Part shown: positions 10,581 through 18,999 of the stretch, in pieces
How positions within the stretch are numbered: the stretch's first letter is position 1
Layout of the letters: each line of letters opens with the position of its first letter
Source of the DNA: an uncultured Gammaproteobacteria bacterium
GTDB lineage: Bacteria > Patescibacteriota > Microgenomatia > Levybacterales > UBA12049
DNA: 64,000 bases
NCBI GenBank assembly: GCA_964490105.1
Contig: CAZAZU010000001.1
Coordinates: 434,361-498,360 of the forward strand
Direction: 5' to 3'
Program-made: the position numbers and the translations under genes
Notes under the pieces: generated by a model
The model's database searches: none
The model's input: the letters and a program-made list of their open reading frames with translations, nothing else
What the model was told of the DNA's origin: nothing

Positions 10581-11957
10581 TTAATAACTTTTATGAACTT
10601 GCATATTCTTTAAGTCATTTGGAGAGATATTATTAAAACTAACTACGCTACTGCAGCTTGGATCAATAATTATCTTTTTCCCTTCGTTAGAGAGTAAATC
10701 TTGTTTATTTAAGAGATAACTTAAGCCCATTACCTCACTCATTTTTGAATCACAAAAATAAACATTAAATTTATTTTCCGGATATTCATCCATTAAAGCA
10801 TTTTTAATCTTAACCGCTTCTCTATTTGAAGATTCAGATACTATTATATTTCTATCTTTATTAAGAATTAGAACAATAAGAAACATACTAAATAGATATG
10901 CAATTGGTTTGATTTTTTTTATTTCTATGCTTTTAAATAATAAAAATCCTGAAAATAAGAAAATAAATATTTGCAAGAAATATAGATAGTAGATTGGTTT
11001 TTGAGAAGGAAAATATCTAAGAAGTATAAAGTTAAAAACAAATGCCAAGATAATCATAAAATGTTTTTTATTTAAAAGCTTTTTATAACTCAAATAGATA
11101 AATAGGATCCCCAACGAAGCAACTATCAACACTGAAATAATTAAATTTAACCCTAAAGTTTCACTTATGAAGTTCGGCCAGAAATCTCTTACATAAAAAA
11201 GCCATCTATTTGCCACATAAACATTTTCCCTAGACTGCGTTAAATAAAAAATGAGACCTTTGAGATTATAAAAATTACTATTCATATCATAAACTGCTAT
11301 TGGTATTAGTGGAATTAAGAATCCCAAAGCGGCTGAAATAATATTCTTTAAACGATCTTTATAAAAGAAAAGGATTAAAATTGGAAATATAATAAATCCT
11401 GCTAATTGAAAATGAATTGTAATCCCGATGGACAAGAATAAAGACATTAAAAAAACATGCACAGACTTTTTTGTATTTAAATATGAAACAAAAAATAAAA
11501 TAACTAACCCGGAAAAAAATGGAATTATACTTGGATTACTTAAAGTTGTAGATAAAACTAATTGAGAGGGTGACAATGCAAAAATTCCGGCTAGTATTAA
11601 TCCAAAGTTTTTATTTTCCAATTTTTCGCCAATTTTATAGGCAACTATTATTGTCAACATGCTCACTACGCTAATAAAAATCCAGGAACCGTAAAATGGA
11701 ATAAACTTTTCAAAAATTATTAACCCCCAGTAATACAACGGACCAAAATTAAAAGGAGCCACAGAAGATGCAGCACCGGTCAAAGGAAATGATAATTTGT
11801 CTGAAAAAAGGGAGGCAACCAAACTATCCCTTGCAGCATCAAAATCAAAACCATATCTATTAGGAAAATTATAAAATCGCAATAAAATCCCAGCGATCAC
11901 TACTCCCGTTAGTATGTAGTTTGATGAAAATTTATTAATAAATTCTTTAATTTTCAA
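10581..11957 (-). CDS. ArnT/PMT_2-like GT-C glycosyltransferase
   Basis: LLRFY...FDFDAARD...PLTG...FGPLYYW, ALSP, many TMs. Confidence 0.75.
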   Translation of the reverse strand: MKIKEFINKFSSNYILTGVVIAGILLRFYNFPNRYGFDFDAARDSLVASLFSDKLSFPLTGAASSVAPFNFGPLYYWGLIIFEKFIPFYGSWIFISVVSMLTIIVAYKIGEKLENKNFGLILAGIFALSPSQLVLSTTLSNPSIIPFFSGLVILFFVSYLNTKKSVHVFLMSLFLSIGITIHFQLAGFIIFPILILFFYKDRLKNIISAALGFLIPLIPIAVYDMNSNFYNLKGLIFYLTQSRENVYVANRWLFYVRDFWPNFISETLGLNLIISVLIVASLGILFIYLSYKKLLNKKHFMIILAFVFNFILLRYFPSQKPIYYLYFLQIFIFLFSGFLLFKSIEIKKIKPIAYLFSMFLIVLILNKDRNIIVSESSNREAVKIKNALMDEYPENKFNVYFCDSKMSEVMGLSYLLNKQDLLSNEGKKIIIDPSCSSVVSFNNISPNDLKNMQVHKSY

Positions 11958-12808
11958 TTAGATAACAGATATTTTATGAATGAAATCGGAAATCTAAGGG
12001 AGGAAAAAAATGAAAACACAAACCCCTGCCATGAATCCATAAACCCCTTATGTCTTATAAATGTTAACAAAAACCAATAAATTGGCTTTATTATCAAGTA
12101 ATTAAAGGCCGTGAGGGGATTTTTGGATAATTTTTGTTCTCTGAATTGCTTAGCCATAAGGGAAGTATATCTGCTATTTCTCTTTAAGTATTTAGAAAAA
12201 GTTGGAGAATCATAGTGGAGTAGATTTTCTTTTAACCAACCGACTCTTCCGGAAACGTCATACTGCTCATGCACATCCATCTGAGGGAGTCTGGCCTTAT
12301 TTTTTCTAAATAATCTTATAACTCCATCTGGATATACTCCTCCATATTTTAGAAATCTTCCAAGAAAATAATTAGACCTTGCTATAAAAAAAGCGTTATA
12401 TTCGCCAGTCTCCTCACCGATTTGACCATCTCTTGCTTTTAATATGTCTTGATGCCTTCTGAATAACTCAGGGATATTCTTTTCATATTCCCCTATTTCC
12501 TCATTTGACATCTTTATAACTTTTTCAATTTCATCTGAAAGTTTTTTACTTACGACCTCATCTGCGTCTAATTGAAGCACCCAGTCACCTGATGAAGCGT
12601 CAATTGCTTTCTGTTTATTAATATGAAAAATTGGAGGATTTGTTGTGACTATTATCTTTGCGTTAAATTTTGCGGCAATCTCTACGGTCCTGTCCGTTGA
12701 TGACCCATCGACGATCACAATCTCATCCGCAATTTCTTTTATAGAATTTAAACATTTCTCAATGTTTTTTTCTTCTTTAAATGTCGCGATGGCTACTGAT
12801 AATTTCAT
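11954..12808 (-). CDS. GT2 glycosyltransferase (KdtX/WaaE beta-1,4-glucosyltransferase-like)
   Basis: VDGSSTDRT, KQKAI, WVLQLDADE, YPDGVIRLFRK, VHE, GFMD. Confidence 0.85.
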   Translation of the reverse strand: MKLSVAIATFKEEKNIEKCLNSIKEIADEIVIVDGSSTDRTVEIAAKFNAKIIVTTNPPIFHINKQKAIDASSGDWVLQLDADEVVSKKLSDEIEKVIKMSNEEIGEYEKNIPELFRRHQDILKARDGQIGEETGEYNAFFIARSNYFLGRFLKYGGVYPDGVIRLFRKNKARLPQMDVHEQYDVSGRVGWLKENLLHYDSPTFSKYLKRNSRYTSLMAKQFREQKLSKNPLTAFNYLIIKPIYWFLLTFIRHKGFMDSWQGFVFSFFSSLRFPISFIKYLLSN

Positions 12809-14484
12809 TTATTAATCGGGATTTTACGCCTAAATAAGAATAGCACAGATATGACGATAACAGAAAATATAGAAACAACCTTTCCTACTCTTCTTACCCG
12901 TGTATCTTCAAATTTAAGCTCTATAGTGTGTTCTCCTTGGGGAACCTGGTATGTGATTACACCTCGCTGATTTGGATCTTGAAACTCTATGGGAGCTTTA
13001 TTACCGTCAATGTATAGATTCCATCCTGGGAAGTAGAATGTGTAGTCTACCATCTTTAGCGTGGTGTCTGCTTTTATTTTATAGACTCTGGATGAATTGT
13101 TTACTTTCTTATCTATAACTACTCCCGTTCCTTCAAGTATTTCTGTTTTTTCAGTTTTTACCGGATAATCTTCACTCTTCCCTGTCCAGATTGGGTTCAT
13201 AACGATTGCATGAAGATTAAGATTTGTGAATGAATAATAACTATCTGGAAATTTTACGTAATTTTTACCATAAATCTCTGGCATTCTTAATACACAAATT
13301 AAAATAATAAAACATAAAATTAATGCCCTGCTGTTTATCCTATCCAAAATCACTGCAGCAATTATAGGAGGCAAAAAAATCAGAACTGAGAGTAATCTCC
13401 AGGGGAATTGGATATTTCCCAAAAAATTAATATTTTCATATATCGGTTTTGAAAAAGAAGTAGTAAGAAAAATTATTCCAGCACTAGTAAGAATTGCGAA
13501 AACAAGCATGGAATTATTTTTTAATTTTATTTTTCTTACTTTAATTAATAGAACAAAAATTATTCCTAATAAAATGATTAGTGTTTCCAGTAAACCAAAG
13601 TTAACTACAAAACCTCTGGGTAAAATATTAATTTGAGTGAAGTAATACCATTTGGTGTCTATGTAATTTGATAATGATAAAAAATTTCCCGGAGTTAGGT
13701 GATTACTTGAAGTACCATAATAAAAATATTTTATTTCTAAAAAAAGTGGAAGTATAAAGTAACCCGATATTCCTAATCCTAGTAAAGAAATTATTGCCAA
13801 ACTTAATATCTCTCTTAATGCCTTAAATTTAAAAAGCTTATTTTCGTAAATTAAAAATAAAAAGTATGGACCAGCTAGAAACGAGCCAATTACTAACATA
13901 AATGGATGAGTTAGAGAAATTAATGCTATGGAAATTCCAACTAAAAAATATCCATAAATATTCTTTTTTTGAATTGCTAAATACATTCCTATTAAAAGTA
14001 AGGGCATAAATACCGCAGCGAAAAATTCAGGAAGTGCACCCCTAATATAAATATTTAAAATTCTGTATGTAGAAAGATGAAAAAGAAGCGCTGCTGATAA
14101 AGAAACAGTTTCAGTAAAATAAATTCTTAGAAAGAAATAGAAAAAAAAGAATGACAAGAAAAAACCTAAAAAAGCTACTAGATTAAATGCGATCACCGGA
14201 TCAGAAACAAAAAATTCAAAAAAGGCTGTAAGATAAGTAGTTAACTGATGCGCAATAACTCCAAGAGGTAGTCCGTAATTCGCAAATCCATCCACCCAAC
14301 TTACTGGAAATTCCCCGCCTGCAATAGTTTTATAAAATAAATTAGGAGTTAGTGTGTGGACAATTCCATCCATGTTTGAAGATCTAACTGGGGTTATGAA
14401 CCAATCAATAACAGTAAGAATTGAAACAAATAAAATTATAAACCCAGCAAATAAATCTAGCTTAAATTGCCTAATTAGTTTCAT
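12805..14484 (-). CDS. PTPS-related/YfhO-like GT-C membrane protein
   Basis: NMDGIVH, FPVSW...NYGLP, IYIRGALPE, QFPWRLL, FYFPGW...VPQGEH. Confidence 0.72.
   Translation of the reverse strand: MKLIRQFKLDLFAGFIILFVSILTVIDWFITPVRSSNMDGIVHTLTPNLFYKTIAGGEFPVSWVDGFANYGLPLGVIAHQLTTYLTAFFEFFVSDPVIAFNLVAFLGFFLSFFFFYFFLRIYFTETVSLSAALLFHLSTYRILNIYIRGALPEFFAAVFMPLLLIGMYLAIQKKNIYGYFLVGISIALISLTHPFMLVIGSFLAGPYFLFLIYENKLFKFKALREILSLAIISLLGLGISGYFILPLFLEIKYFYYGTSSNHLTPGNFLSLSNYIDTKWYYFTQINILPRGFVVNFGLLETLIILLGIIFVLLIKVRKIKLKNNSMLVFAILTSAGIIFLTTSFSKPIYENINFLGNIQFPWRLLSVLIFLPPIIAAVILDRINSRALILCFIILICVLRMPEIYGKNYVKFPDSYYSFTNLNLHAIVMNPIWTGKSEDYPVKTEKTEILEGTGVVIDKKVNNSSRVYKIKADTTLKMVDYTFYFPGWNLYIDGNKAPIEFQDPNQRGVITYQVPQGEHTIELKFEDTRVRRVGKVVSIFSVIVISVLFLFRRKIPINK
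12892..13202. repeat. 311-bp direct repeat, copy 1 (C-terminal domain of 12805..14484)
   Basis: Base-by-base comparison with 14579..14889 (offset 1687) gives 310/311 identity; the only mismatch is A12925 versus G14612. Confidence 0.95.
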
Positions 14485-16168
14485 TTTTTAATTTAAAAAT
14501 TTTAAATATTTTATTTCTAAAAACGAATAATAAAATAAATACTATTAGTGACGTTAAAGACAGAATTTTGGCATATTCTCTTACCCGTGTATCTTCAAAT
14601 TTAAGCTCTATGGTGTGTTCTCCTTGGGGAACCTGGTATGTGATTACACCTCGCTGATTTGGATCTTGAAACTCTATGGGAGCTTTATTACCGTCAATGT
14701 ATAGATTCCATCCTGGGAAGTAGAATGTGTAGTCTACCATCTTTAGCGTGGTGTCTGCTTTTATTTTATAGACTCTGGATGAATTGTTTACTTTCTTATC
14801 TATAACTACTCCCGTTCCTTCAAGTATTTCTGTTTTTTCAGTTTTTACCGGATAATCTTCACTCTTCCCTGTCCAGATTGGGTTCATAAGAACTGAATGT
14901 GGATTATAAATCGATGAGTAATAAATTTCCGTTGGATATTTAATATAATTTTTCCCGTAAAGCTGTGGGAACTGAAGAACAATAATTAAAGCTACAAAAA
15001 TAAAAATAAAAATATTTTTATTTAATTTAGTAAGAAAAGCTGCATAAATAATGGGTGGGATAAAAATAAATGCTGACAAAATTCTCCAAGGAAATTGAAT
15101 ATTACTTAAAATATTTATTTTTTCATAAAAAATATTTGAAAAAGGTGAGATGAAAAAAAGAATTAATATAGATATTAATACCCCAAATTCCAAAATTCCA
15201 AAAGCCCTATCTTTCTTAATCCATTTAAACAAAATTAACCCTATACCAATTAATATTGATGCTGCTTCAATTATTCCTGGAAAAATGATATGACCTCTTG
15301 GAAATATTTCTGAATTTGTAAAATATTTCCAATCAAATTTTAAATAATCTGCTATTCCTAAAAATGAATTTGGCGTTAAATGATTTCCAATTCCATAATA
15401 AAAATATTTTATTTCTAAATTTAGAGGCAATAAATAATAGCTGGCAAGTCCTATTCCTAAAATTGAAAATATTCCAACAAAAATGATATCTTTAATTTGA
15501 TTAATAGAAATTAAACCTTTGAATTCTTTCTTGTCCTGAATTAATAGAAAAAATAAGTATGGCAAATATATAAATGAATAAATCAAAAGCATCATCGGAT
15601 GATTTAATGCCAGGAGAAACAACGAAAATGATGTGATGAAAAGTCCGATTATTTTTCTTTTCTTAATAAATAAATATAGCCCGATTAAAATTAATGGTAG
15701 AAAAGTGGCGGCAAATATTTCCGGCATGGCGCCTCTTATATAAAAGTTTATTATTTTATAAGATGTTAATGTATATAAAACTGTTGAAGCAAAAGAAGGC
15801 AAAGATCTAAAATACAATCGTAATAAACCGTAAAAAGTCAAAGAAGATAGACTTATTCCAAAAAATGAGATTAGCTTATATGCATTTTCTGGACTGAAAC
15901 CAGTGAAAATAAAAGCTGCTCCAAGATAATTTGTTAACTGATGAGCAACAAGCCCCATAGGAAGTCCATAATTCCCTATTCCATTATTCCAAACCACCGG
16001 AAAATCCCCGCCTTTTAGAGCTAGAAAAAATTGCGCCATATTGGTAATATGATATGGAGCATCAAAAGAGGCTAAGCGCGCTGAAGTTAAAAATAAGTCA
16101 AATACGAAAAAAACTGATAGAATAATAATGGCGACTGAACCAAAAATATCGGCTCTTGATAACCTCAC
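14471..16168 (-). CDS. PTPS-related/YfhO-like GT-C membrane protein (paralog of 12805..14484)
   Basis: SFDAPYH, FPVVW...NYGLP, FYIRGAMPE, QFPWRIL; GTG start. Confidence 0.72.
   Translation of the reverse strand: MRLSRADIFGSVAIIILSVFFVFDLFLTSARLASFDAPYHITNMAQFFLALKGGDFPVVWNNGIGNYGLPMGLVAHQLTNYLGAAFIFTGFSPENAYKLISFFGISLSSLTFYGLLRLYFRSLPSFASTVLYTLTSYKIINFYIRGAMPEIFAATFLPLILIGLYLFIKKRKIIGLFITSFSLFLLALNHPMMLLIYSFIYLPYLFFLLIQDKKEFKGLISINQIKDIIFVGIFSILGIGLASYYLLPLNLEIKYFYYGIGNHLTPNSFLGIADYLKFDWKYFTNSEIFPRGHIIFPGIIEAASILIGIGLILFKWIKKDRAFGILEFGVLISILILFFISPFSNIFYEKINILSNIQFPWRILSAFIFIPPIIYAAFLTKLNKNIFIFIFVALIIVLQFPQLYGKNYIKYPTEIYYSSIYNPHSVLMNPIWTGKSEDYPVKTEKTEILEGTGVVIDKKVNNSSRVYKIKADTTLKMVDYTFYFPGWNLYIDGNKAPIEFQDPNQRGVITYQVPQGEHTIELKFEDTRVREYAKILSLTSLIVFILLFVFRNKIFKIFKLKNETN
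14579..14889. repeat. 311-bp direct repeat, copy 2 (C-terminal domain of 14471..16168)
   Basis: 310/311 identical to 12892..13202. Confidence 0.95.
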
Positions 16169-16187
16169 AAGGTTATTATAGAAAGAA
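16169..16187. promoter_or_regulatory. Putative bidirectional promoter with overlapping -10 boxes
   Basis: Minus-strand TATAAT (16175-16180) lies 6 nt before GTG 16168; plus-strand TATTAT (16174-16179) lies 8 nt before ATG 16188. Confidence 0.55.
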
Positions 16188-16781
16188 ATGAATAAAAAAC
16201 AAAGTATCTTTCTAAAGTTACATAATCCAGTATATTTTCTAGCTCTATTAATGATCTTAATTACGATTTGCTTCGTAATTTTTACACCTCGTGTTTCAGC
16301 GTTACTATTTTCACCAAAAAGAGAAATGACATTAAATTCATTTTTAGATAAAACAAAACAAGAACAAAAAATAAATCCTCAAGAGTTTTGGAAATTTAGA
16401 GAATTTTATTCACCGGGTTATTTTGAACTAATGGATCAAGGCCTAGAAAATTCTGAAGTAAATTCGGCAATTAATGAAATTGGCCTAGAGCCAAAGGGCG
16501 TCGCATTCACTTCCCTGTTCAAATCAAAACATTCCATTAGCCTGGATGGATTAACCGAAAATGAATCACTAAGTGAAATTATCGATTTAAATTCAATTCA
16601 AAATATTGCGTTTCAAAACGAACATTCTATGATATTTACAAATAACAATAAAACAATCATGTTTTTTTTACTTCCAATTTCAGAAATGAAAAAAGCAAAT
16701 GGATTTTTTGAATATGATGGAAAAGACAAAGAATTATTAGAAAACAAATACTGGTTTAATATAACCAAAATAGAAAGATAA
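16188..16781 (+). CDS. Hypothetical membrane-anchored extracytoplasmic protein
   Basis: 197-aa ORF with one N-terminal TM and a soluble domain containing QEFWKFREFYSPG; stop overlaps the next ATG. Confidence 0.6.
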   Translation: MNKKQSIFLKLHNPVYFLALLMILITICFVIFTPRVSALLFSPKREMTLNSFLDKTKQEQKINPQEFWKFREFYSPGYFELMDQGLENSEVNSAINEIGLEPKGVAFTSLFKSKHSISLDGLTENESLSEIIDLNSIQNIAFQNEHSMIFTNNNKTIMFFLLPISEMKKANGFFEYDGKDKELLENKYWFNITKIER

Positions 16782-17359
16782 TGAAGTTTTCTAAGAAGAT
16801 CTTATTGGTTTACGTTTTATATCTTCTCTCAACATCTCTTATTTTCCTAAACACTAATTCCTGGGAAATAAAAAATAAACCGCTAAAACTTTTCTTTCTG
16901 GATAGCGATATAAGCTACAAAATCGTAAGTTCACTTGCACTTGATCCAAATACCGGAAGCACATTTATCCCAAGAGCATTTCATAACAAAATTTCGATGA
17001 GCTTTGATACATTCACAAGTTCATTGTTCCAATCAATTGATCCTGTTTTTCTATTCTCACTTTCTAAAGACTCCCCGCTTTACTCTGGACCCACGGACGT
17101 AAAAATGCTTTTTCCGCTTGAACTTCCTTTATTTATTTTGGCAATTATCTATATAGTAAGAAATTGGAAACCTAGAAAAGATAAGTATATTTATTTATTT
17201 CTATTTTTTCTTTTATCGCTTTTAATATCCGGATTTTTTATCCACCCGCTTCATCCTCTGAAGCTTTTTCCGCTAGTTATTGTGACAAGAACACTAATAT
17301 TTTTAGGAATTTCTGATTGGTTTTTAAATCAAAAATGGTCAAAAAAATATTTTTCATAA
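16781..17359 (+). CDS. Small membrane protein resembling the C-terminal half of ArnT-like GT-C proteins
   Basis: PRAFHNK...SIDPVFLF...MLFPLELPLFILAI motifs and several TMs. Confidence 0.55.
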   Translation: MKFSKKILLVYVLYLLSTSLIFLNTNSWEIKNKPLKLFFLDSDISYKIVSSLALDPNTGSTFIPRAFHNKISMSFDTFTSSLFQSIDPVFLFSLSKDSPLYSGPTDVKMLFPLELPLFILAIIYIVRNWKPRKDKYIYLFLFFLLSLLISGFFIHPLHPLKLFPLVIVTRTLIFLGISDWFLNQKWSKKYFS

Positions 17360-18999
17360 TTTTAATAGCGGTAGGCATTTTCTTAAGGTTTTATCAAATA
17401 AACGAAATTCCTGCTGGGCTTTTTATGGATGAAGCCACAATTGCAGTTGATTCGAAATCAATTGCTCAAAATGGATTTGATGAGTACGAAAGAAATTATC
17501 CATTTGCCTTTGAAGCCCTTTCTGATTTCAGACCTCCAGGATATGTCTACTTAACAGCATTAGCATATGAATTTCTAGGACCAACAACCCTAACAGTAAG
17601 AATAGTATCTCTTCTTTCTTCAATCGCAGGAATACTTCTCCTTGGCTATTTCACGAGATTATTATTTCCTAAAAGAGAACTACTTCCGCTTATTTCCATG
17701 GCAGTTCTTGCGATTTCGCCATTCCACATTCATTTTTCTAGAATTGGATACGAAACTATGCTTGCGACAACTCTCATGCTCCTTTATTTCATTTCAATAA
17801 TTCATTTGTTAAAAAAGCCAAACCTAATTTGGATGATTATAGGAATTCTATGTGCAGGAATTAGTCTTTGGACATATCCAGGTGCTAAATTTATCGTGCC
17901 AATTGTAACGCTATCAATATTTTTGCTCGGCCTATTTAATCTAAATTTTGAATTTAAAAGAAAAAATCTAATACTTATTCCGTTAATTTTTCTTACTACC
18001 TGCGCAATCGTTTACATACCTGCACTCCTTAACCCGATTTTTGATAAAAGACCAATTAGCTACCTAAAAGAAGGCACAGATGGCACGCTAATAGGAATTA
18101 TTACAAAAAAACCGCTTCTTATGATAAATTCATGGCTTTATATGTTTGATTTTCAATTCTTATTTAAAAAAGGCGATCTATTTGCTTTTAGACACGGTAC
18201 AAAAGAACAAGGACTATTTCTATCAATATTCGCTATTCCTTTTATCCTAGGCGTTCTTAATGTCATCAGGCGTTATTCAAATAAATCTTTTTCAATTCCA
18301 TTTTTAATCATTCTTACTTTAGTAATAGGCTTCCCATCCGCACTAACTTCAAGCACTCCATACGGAACCAGAATTTTACCAATACTCATTCCTTTTTCTA
18401 TATTTGTAGCATTAGGAATAGATATGTTAATTCAGAAAACTGAAAGAATTAAACCGTTTATAAAAATTCCCTCGTATGCAATTACGATCGTAATCCTCAT
18501 TTTTCAAATTTCTCTTTTTTATCATATTTATTTTGTTCATTTTAAGAAAACTTCTCTCCCGGAATTCCCAAAAGCTTCTCGTGATATGGCTATTTTTATT
18601 AAAGACTTTAGAACGGAAAACAGACAAACACCAATTTATTTTTTAACTGAAAGATCTTGCAGGCAGTGGGCACATGATGATCTTCACTTCTGGTATTTTG
18701 CGGATCTAGATAATACAGAAATGGTTATATGGAACAATAAATTTAGAGAAATTAGATACAAAAATGGCAGTCCTTTCGATAATTATGATGCTACTACCAT
18801 TCCATCGCACACTTTTGAGAACATCCATCTTTATCCGGGCTATGAAGCCGTAGAAAACTCCGAAAAAGATTCACTTATCGTTAGATGCGGCCTTCATCTA
18901 AAAGATATCGATGAAACACGTGAGCAAATAATTAAAGTATTTTATATGTATGAGGATGAAAAAAGAGACGCCTACTATGTTATTACTAGAAAACTTTAA
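17335..18999 (+). CDS. ArnT/PMT_2-family GT-C glycosyltransferase
   Basis: LRFY...PAGLFMDEA, GFDEY, DFRPP, SPFHIHFSRIGYE, GDLFAFRHG; ATG 17335 preferred over TTG 17317. Confidence 0.85.
   Translation: MVKKIFFIILIAVGIFLRFYQINEIPAGLFMDEATIAVDSKSIAQNGFDEYERNYPFAFEALSDFRPPGYVYLTALAYEFLGPTTLTVRIVSLLSSIAGILLLGYFTRLLFPKRELLPLISMAVLAISPFHIHFSRIGYETMLATTLMLLYFISIIHLLKKPNLIWMIIGILCAGISLWTYPGAKFIVPIVTLSIFLLGLFNLNFEFKRKNLILIPLIFLTTCAIVYIPALLNPIFDKRPISYLKEGTDGTLIGIITKKPLLMINSWLYMFDFQFLFKKGDLFAFRHGTKEQGLFLSIFAIPFILGVLNVIRRYSNKSFSIPFLIILTLVIGFPSALTSSTPYGTRILPILIPFSIFVALGIDMLIQKTERIKPFIKIPSYAITIVILIFQISLFYHIYFVHFKKTSLPEFPKASRDMAIFIKDFRTENRQTPIYFLTERSCRQWAHDDLHFWYFADLDNTEMVIWNNKFREIRYKNGSPFDNYDATTIPSHTFENIHLYPGYEAVENSEKDSLIVRCGLHLKDIDETREQIIKVFYMYEDEKRDAYYVITRKL

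Noticed and set aside
12892-14889. 311-bp repeat as the TR/VR pair of a diversity-generating retroelement
   Set aside because: Only one, synonymous mismatch; both copies are in-frame coding sequence; no reverse transcriptase or Avd gene in the window
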